Shown here piece after piece: positions 1 through 3,868 of a DNA stretch of 44,871 bases; within the stretch, counting starts at the first letter, position 1; every line of letters starts with the position of its first letter. The translations under genes and the position numbers were made by a program. Source of the stretch: a virus; IMG/VR virus record IMGVR_UViG_3300045988_128081, positions 1 through 44,871 of that record, one strand, 5' to 3'. Under the pieces are notes generated by a model. That model had not been told where the DNA came from, did not search any database, and saw only the letters and a list, made by a program, of their open reading frames with translations.

Positions 1-55
1 GTTTGCTTGGTGAGCCCGGCGGGATTCGAACCCACGACCTTTTGATTCGTAGTCA
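1..55. repeat. att site, left copy (orphan 3' tRNA segment plus 7 nt downstream of CCA)
   Basis: 1..55 (gtttgcttggtgagcccggcgggattcgaacccacgaccttttgattcgtagtca) is identical to 44817..44871. Both copies touch window edges, so the true repeat may be longer. Confidence 0.9.
8..55 (-). tRNA. Truncated duplicate of the 3' 48 nt of tRNA-Arg(ACG); not a functional tRNA
   Basis: Reverse complement reads TGA-CTACGAA-TCAAA-AGGTC-GTGGG-TTCGAAT-CCCGC-CGGGCTC-A-CCA: anticodon loop CU-ACG-AA, T arm, acceptor 3' strand, CCA. Sequence beyond 55 (GATGA) cannot pair with TCAAA to close the anticodon stem. Confidence 0.85.
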
Positions 56-131
56 TCGACCATGCTTTTTATAAATTACAAAAGCTCTCAAAACGTTACG
101 TTTTAACAAATCTAGAAAAAACATGTCAAGC

Positions 132-175
132 AAAATCACATAAAATCACGTTCTACTGCCAACGCTACTGCCAAC
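132..175. repeat. Candidate arm-type recombinase/accessory-factor binding repeats near the left att
   Basis: AAAATCAC x2 (132..139, 142..149) followed by CTACTGCCAAC x2 (153..163, 165..175). The same (C)TACTGCCAAC motif occurs twice next to the right att (44743..44764). Confidence 0.55.
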
Positions 176-198
176 AAAAAAGAGGGCTTTTCGCCCTC
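175..198 (-). terminator. Rho-independent terminator ending the left-arm operon
   Basis: Minus strand GAGGGC-GAAAA-GCCCTC followed by TTTTTTG. The stop codon of the 197..508 gene sits in the stem. Confidence 0.75.
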
Positions 199-508
199 AT
201 TCATTGCGGTACTGCGTCAGCTTCCGGTCCACATTCTCCATGTCCATTTCCGCCCTGTCCCGGGCGTACTCAAACACGGCTTCCATCTTCATGGCGTCGG
301 CGTGCTTCTCGTGCTCCGCGTGGTTCACCATGGCTTCGGCCTGCCGCGTCAGCATTTCGGCGTTGTCCTTGTGGCAGGCTGCAACCTTGGCGTATACAGC
401 CGCCAGATCGGGGTATTCCGCCTTGTGCTTTCTCGCTTCCCCGGCGTAGTATTCCGCTTTGTCCAGCTGGCAGGATATGTCCCGCAGCACTTCCTTAAAT
501 TCGGTCAT
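197..508 (-). CDS. Hypothetical helical protein (103 aa)
   Basis: ORF track. His/Glu/Ala-rich helical sequence. Tightly packed behind the 512..853 gene. No family recognised. Confidence 0.6.
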   Translation of the reverse strand: MTEFKEVLRDISCQLDKAEYYAGEARKHKAEYPDLAAVYAKVAACHKDNAEMLTRQAEAMVNHAEHEKHADAMKMEAVFEYARDRAEMDMENVDRKLTQYRNE

Positions 509-511
509 CGG

Positions 512-853
512 TCATCCCTCCTGAATATATTGCATCAGCTGGTCAATGTCGTTCCGGTCCAGCTTGAAGGTTCCAATCAGCGGCAGGGGCAGTTCCAGCT
601 TTTCCGTCTCCATCATCGGCATAACGGCGCTGCGGATTCTGTCCATGTTCAGCAGTCCGGCTTCATCCTGGATTCCCAGCATGGCAACAGCCGGATGTTG
701 CAGCCATTTTTGCAGTTCCTTTTCCGCCCCGTCAACTGCCAGCGCGGCATAGGCCCCCAGGGCAATCTTCTTGCCCCCTGTCAGCTGGGGCAGCATCTTG
801 TCGTTGATGTAACGCGCAACGCCCCGCTTCACCTGGTCAAGGCTTACGTTCAT
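512..853 (-). CDS. Hypothetical protein (113 aa)
   Basis: ORF track. RBS AGGAGG 7 nt upstream of the ATG. No family recognised. Confidence 0.65.
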   Translation of the reverse strand: MNVSLDQVKRGVARYINDKMLPQLTGGKKIALGAYAALAVDGAEKELQKWLQHPAVAMLGIQDEAGLLNMDRIRSAVMPMMETEKLELPLPLIGTFKLDRNDIDQLMQYIQEG

Positions 854-875
854 GGGTCATCCTCCTGTCAGGGTT

Positions 876-903
876 GGGGCGGGTTCATCGCCCGCCCCTT
901 TTT
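876..903 (+). terminator. Canonical intrinsic terminator oriented on the + strand (antisense to the surrounding genes)
   Basis: GGGGCGGG-ttcatcg-CCCGCCCC followed by TTTTT on the + strand. On the minus strand the A-run precedes the stem and no U-run follows. Confidence 0.6.
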
Positions 904-906
904 CGG

Positions 907-1479
907 TCAGCCCGCCGCGGTGGTCGTGGTGACGGGGGTCACCTTCACCTCGCCCCAGCCGGGGCAGCAGCTGCCGTTGGGAATCACCAGCTTGGTCAGC
1001 CCCTGAAGCTGCGCCACCTGGCCCTGCAAGCAGGCAACAGCCGCCGTGTTGGTGCCGTTGTACACCGCCTGGTTCAGGTTGATGGCGCCCTGCTCGTCCT
1101 TGTTCTTCTGAATCAGGTCGCGCAGTTCGTTGGCCCGGCGGTCCATCGCCGTGTACACCTCCACCAGCTTCTGGTCGGTGTACTGGCTGGCCTTCAGGTC
1201 GGCAATCTCGCTGTCCTTGGCGGCAATGGTCTGCTGCAATCCCAGCTCGTACCGGCTCACAGGCGTGTTCTCGCTGCAACCGCTCTTGCCGCTGTTCATG
1301 GCAGCGCCAGCCAGCGCCCCCATTACAGGGGCCATCATCGCGGCGGTGTCCACAGCGGCGCCCCGGTTCCCCAGGTTGCCCAGCAGACCGCTCAAGCCGC
1401 CGGTCAACGCTTCCACGCCCAGCGCGCCAATGGACAGGCCCAGCGCCGTGTTGCCTACACCCTTGGATGCGTATTCCAT
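907..1479 (-). CDS. Glycine-zipper / coiled-coil protein with C-terminal CC..W motif (190 aa), function unknown
   Basis: Start chosen at MEYASKG (ATG 1479) because GGGAGGGA lies 5 nt upstream. N-terminus is Gly/Ala/Leu-rich (GxxxG-like zipper), the centre is coiled coil, and the C-terminus is IPNGSCCPGWG. Confidence 0.65.
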   Translation of the reverse strand: MEYASKGVGNTALGLSIGALGVEALTGGLSGLLGNLGNRGAAVDTAAMMAPVMGALAGAAMNSGKSGCSENTPVSRYELGLQQTIAAKDSEIADLKASQYTDQKLVEVYTAMDRRANELRDLIQKNKDEQGAINLNQAVYNGTNTAAVACLQGQVAQLQGLTKLVIPNGSCCPGWGEVKVTPVTTTTAAG

Positions 1480-1581
1480 AACATTCCCTCCCATGGTCAG
1501 AATTTTTCGGGTTTCCCCGCATTCATTCTGACAGGAAGGGCCGTTTCCAACGAGGGCAAAAAGGGATGATTTCCGGGGCAA

Positions 1582-1776
1582 TCAGATGTGCTTTTCCACC
1601 ACGCCCCGCCAGCGGCGCACCGTCCGCCCCACCGTGTCCCGGCTGATGCCCAAATCCTCCGCTATGCTCTCATAGGGCTGCCGGTCGTACATGCTGCGCA
1701 TCATAATGTCCCGGGCCTGCGCGCCCATTACATATTCGCCTATGGCGCTTGTCAGGCCGCTCCTGGTTCGGCTCAT
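1582..1776 (-). CDS. Small sigma-70 region-4-like HTH protein (64 aa)
   Basis: ORF track. YESIAEDLGISRDTVGRTVRRW resembles a region-4/LuxR-type HTH. RBS TGGAGG. Confidence 0.6.
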   Translation of the reverse strand: MSRTRSGLTSAIGEYVMGAQARDIMMRSMYDRQPYESIAEDLGISRDTVGRTVRRWRGVVEKHI

Positions 1777-1799
1777 GCGGATACCTCCATTTCTGTATG

Positions 1800-1826
1800 A
1801 AAAGGCCGCGCTTTTTCGGCGTGGCC
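1800..1826 (-). terminator. Intrinsic terminator closing antirepressor cassette A
   Basis: Minus strand GGCCACGC-cgaaaaa-GCGCGGCC (one A.C mismatch) followed by TTTTC, directly after the stop of the 1838..2617 gene. Confidence 0.65.
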
Positions 1827-1837
1827 CTATTTTTACC

Positions 1838-2617
1838 TTATCCCTGCGAGTATCGGTTGATGAAATACACTTGCCCCTTTCCCGTTACCTTGGGCGTTTT
1901 GCTCACGGTTACATGGCCGTCGGCATGGGTCACGCTGGTTTCTTTGATGCGCATCACACCCAGGTCCATGCTGCGCTGCGTAGGCATGTTCCAGTCTGTG
2001 CCCTTGCGGTTGATCAGATACCCGTCCTTGCGCAGCCGCTCAAACAGGCGGTTCTGCCCCATGTCGATGCCGTTCTGCTTTAGGATTTTTGCCAGTTCGC
2101 CCACAAGGATTTCGCTTTTGCTGGCCGCCACGCTGTCCGCAAACAGCACCTTGGGCGCGTCGGCCTCAATCTTCTGCTGCCTCGCTCGCGCTTCCTCCTC
2201 CGCTGCCAGCCGGGCGTGCCGCTCATCCCGCCACTTTACCGCCAGCTTGGCAAAGGTGTCCGGGCTGCTGAATAGCGCGTCCGTGGCTTCGTCTGTCAGG
2301 TAGGCTCCGTGCTTGCGGATGGACGGCAATACCTCGTCAAACACCCAGGATTCAAATTTTTCGGCATCGGGCAACTGACTGTGCGTTATAAGTCGGTACA
2401 AGTCTCCTTCTGGGATGTATGATATGGACTGAATACCACCTTTTGTAAGGGTGTCGCGTTTCACGACACCACGACAATGACGACTGAGCGCATCCCTAGA
2501 ATTGGAATATCCTAACGATTTCGTTACATCTGAACCGCAAAACAGCGACCTGCCATCTTCTGTGATAATCCTGATCTGCCCAAAATCCTTGTTCTCAAAA
2601 ACCGTCAATTCATTCAT
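1838..2617 (-). CDS. Antirepressor-type protein, Bro-N domain plus KilAC/ANT-like C-terminal domain (259 aa)
   Basis: N-terminus FENKDFGQIRIITEDGRSLFCGSDVTKSLGY...EKFESWVFDEVLPSIRKHGAY matches the Bro-N pattern. C-terminus VLFADSV...LVGELAKILKQNGIDMGQNRLFERLRKDGYL matches the ANT/KilAC pattern. ATGA overlap with the upstream gene. Confidence 0.85.
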   Translation of the reverse strand: MNELTVFENKDFGQIRIITEDGRSLFCGSDVTKSLGYSNSRDALSRHCRGVVKRDTLTKGGIQSISYIPEGDLYRLITHSQLPDAEKFESWVFDEVLPSIRKHGAYLTDEATDALFSSPDTFAKLAVKWRDERHARLAAEEEARARQQKIEADAPKVLFADSVAASKSEILVGELAKILKQNGIDMGQNRLFERLRKDGYLINRKGTDWNMPTQRSMDLGVMRIKETSVTHADGHVTVSKTPKVTGKGQVYFINRYSQG

Positions 2618-2916
2618 ACTGCTTTTCCCTCCTTGCGCAGTTCGTTTTCAGCTCTCATTTTCGCCAACAGCCGGAATAGGCTTAACGCGGCTTCCATGTC
2701 ATCGTCATGGCAATGCAGCGTGGAATATAGCAGGCACCAGCGTTTGCTCATCACTTCATCAGGGTCGCACGCTTCATTTCTCCGTATCGCCCGGCGCCAA
2801 TACTCCACAATTTCCAACACCTGGTCCAGAATCCCCAAATCAAGCGATGAACACTTTTCTACACGCTTGCAGATGTCCGCGCGCTTTTCCGCGATTTTCG
2901 GTTGATTTTTAGCCAT
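2614..2916 (-). CDS. Small helical protein of unknown function (100 aa), middle gene of cassette A
   Basis: ORF track. RBS GGAGG 8 nt upstream. Translationally coupled to the Bro-type gene. Confidence 0.7.
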   Translation of the reverse strand: MAKNQPKIAEKRADICKRVEKCSSLDLGILDQVLEIVEYWRRAIRRNEACDPDEVMSKRWCLLYSTLHCHDDDMEAALSLFRLLAKMRAENELRKEGKAV

Positions 2917-2944
2917 AAAAATACCTCCGTTCGGTCGTTTTGGG

Positions 2945-2992
2945 TTGACCCAAAGGAGGCAGATATGATAAGATTTATCTGCCGACCTTGGG
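2945..2992 (+). promoter_or_regulatory. Sigma-70-like promoter (TTGACC-N18-TAAGAT) on the + strand, embedded in an inverted repeat; cassette A copy
   Basis: -35 at 2945..2950, -10 at 2969..2974. Inverted repeats GGCAGAT (2958..2964)/ATCTGCC (2977..2983) and CCCAAAGG/CCTTGGG flank the -10. The same layout recurs at 30406..30453. Confidence 0.5.
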
Positions 2993-3052
2993 TTGGTAAC
3001 ATAGGATTTCGGGTTCAGTCCGCCAAGAGTGCGCCCGATATCCTATTTTTTT
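2981..3052 (+). ncRNA. Candidate ~70-nt antisense small RNA (cassette A), convergent with and overlapping the 3' end of the RHH gene
   Basis: Predicted start about 7 nt after the TAAGAT -10. Ends in hairpin ATAGGAT/ATCCTAT plus TCGGG/CCCGA followed by TTTTTTT (3001..3052). The loop carries a 19-nt block identical to the cassette B copy. Confidence 0.4.
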
Positions 3053-3219
3053 ACCGCCTGGTATACCATTTCTAATCCTTCGCGCAACACCTCGGCTTTG
3101 GTTTTCCCAGTAGCTTTACAGCAGTACTCCAATTTCTCAGCATCTTCTTGAGTCATACGTAACCGATATTGCAAGGATTTTGGATTTTCAATAGGCGGTC
3201 TCCCTTGCGTGGGGGGCAA
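3043..3219 (-). CDS. Ribbon-helix-helix (Arc/CopG-like) DNA-binding protein (58 aa from a TTG start)
   Basis: GRPPIENPKSLQYRLRMTQEDAEKLEYCCKATGKTKAEVLREGLEMV is a typical RHH beta-alpha-alpha pattern. The track's GTG at 3228 sits inside the SD AAGGAGGTG, so the TTG at 3219 (8 nt after the SD) is preferred. Confidence 0.75.
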   Translation of the reverse strand: MPPTQGRPPIENPKSLQYRLRMTQEDAEKLEYCCKATGKTKAEVLREGLEMVYQAVKK

Positions 3220-3232
3220 TCTTCTCACCTCC

Positions 3233-3277
3233 TTTATTGGATATCCGCATTATATAATGGATATCCAATAAAGTCAA
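3233..3277 (-). promoter_or_regulatory. Consensus-like promoter of cassette A with a perfect 14-bp inverted-repeat operator
   Basis: Minus strand TTGACT (3272..3277)-N17-TATAAT (3249..3254). TTTATTGGATATCC (3233..3246) and GGATATCCAATAAA (3259..3272) bracket the -10. Confidence 0.75.
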
Positions 3278-3359
3278 CCCGTTTTCAAAAAAAATCCTTG
3301 CAAATTTTGTCTGGTTGTGGGAAAATATAGCAAACAGTGCGGTGAAATGAGGGATAATA

Positions 3360-3704
3360 ATGGGATGGGTACTTATGCTCCTCGTGCTTTTGATATATTT
3401 AGCTTACAAATCAAGTTCGGCGAAGAGTAATAAAGGAGTTTGGGAACACGCTTCGGAAGCTGACCTTAACGCTCAAATAATCCGCGCCGAAACAGAAAAG
3501 GTTAGATGTTCTAAAAACGATACGAGATATAGAACTGCGATTAGGTTTTCAGACGGCTTTACTTATTATTCATACAAAACAAATGTGGAACCTGGCTTTT
3601 TCACATACAAAATTTCGATAGACGAAAATCTCGCAAAGGAAATCGTGGAAGATGCTATTGAAGCGCATAGAAAAGCCGTTTTAAAGATACAAAACGCTAA
3701 ATAA
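3360..3704 (+). CDS. Membrane-anchored protein of unknown function (114 aa) in an AT-rich moron
   Basis: ORF track. N-terminal hydrophobic helix MGWVLMLLVLLIYLAY. RBS GAGGG. Local GC is visibly far lower than the flanks. Convergent with the late operon. Confidence 0.7.
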   Translation: MGWVLMLLVLLIYLAYKSSSAKSNKGVWEHASEADLNAQIIRAETEKVRCSKNDTRYRTAIRFSDGFTYYSYKTNVEPGFFTYKISIDENLAKEIVEDAIEAHRKAVLKIQNAK

Positions 3705-3712
3705 CGCCCAAA

Positions 3713-3810
3713 TTGCAACAACCTTGCAACCTTGTAACCTTGCAACCTTGCAACAATCTTGCAACCTTGTAACCTTGCAACCTTGCAACAATCTTGCAAC
3801 CTATTGCAAC
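3713..3810. repeat. Array of 11 TTG(C/T)AAC units with 8-nt (or 10/11-nt) spacing, including two perfect 35-bp higher-order repeats
   Basis: Units start at 3713, 3724, 3732, 3740, 3748, 3759, 3767, 3775, 3783, 3794 and 3804. 3724..3758 is identical to 3759..3793. Confidence 0.95.
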
Positions 3811-3829
3811 CACCCAATCCGCAGAATGA

Positions 3830-3862
3830 CCGGGACGGCCCCAGCCGCCCCGGCTTTCTTAT
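3830..3862 (+). terminator. Hairpin terminator between convergent genes (better on the + strand)
   Basis: CCGGGACGGC-ccca-GCCGCCCCGG (one mismatch) followed by CTTTCTTAT on the + strand. It lies 7 nt from the TAG stop of the giant gene. Confidence 0.5.
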
Positions 3863-3868
3863 GCCCTC

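Noticed and set aside
8-55. The left tRNA-like segment as a functional tRNA gene.
   Set aside because: Only the 3' 48 nt are present. The sequence beyond position 55 cannot form the anticodon stem or the D arm and acceptor 5' strand. It is the duplicated att portion.
2917-3052. The conserved ~135-bp blocks at 2917..3052 and 30377..30515 as simple recombination scars or module-boundary sequences, with no function of their own.
   Set aside because: This is not fully excluded. It is disfavoured because the differences between the copies are concentrated in stems and are compensatory. The promoter hexamers, their spacing, the 19-nt loop block and the T-run are all preserved.
3713-3810. Tandem repeat array considered as a CRISPR array.
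   Set aside because: The units are 7-8 nt and directly abutting, with no unique spacers and no cas genes. This is a short-period tandem repeat, not CRISPR.
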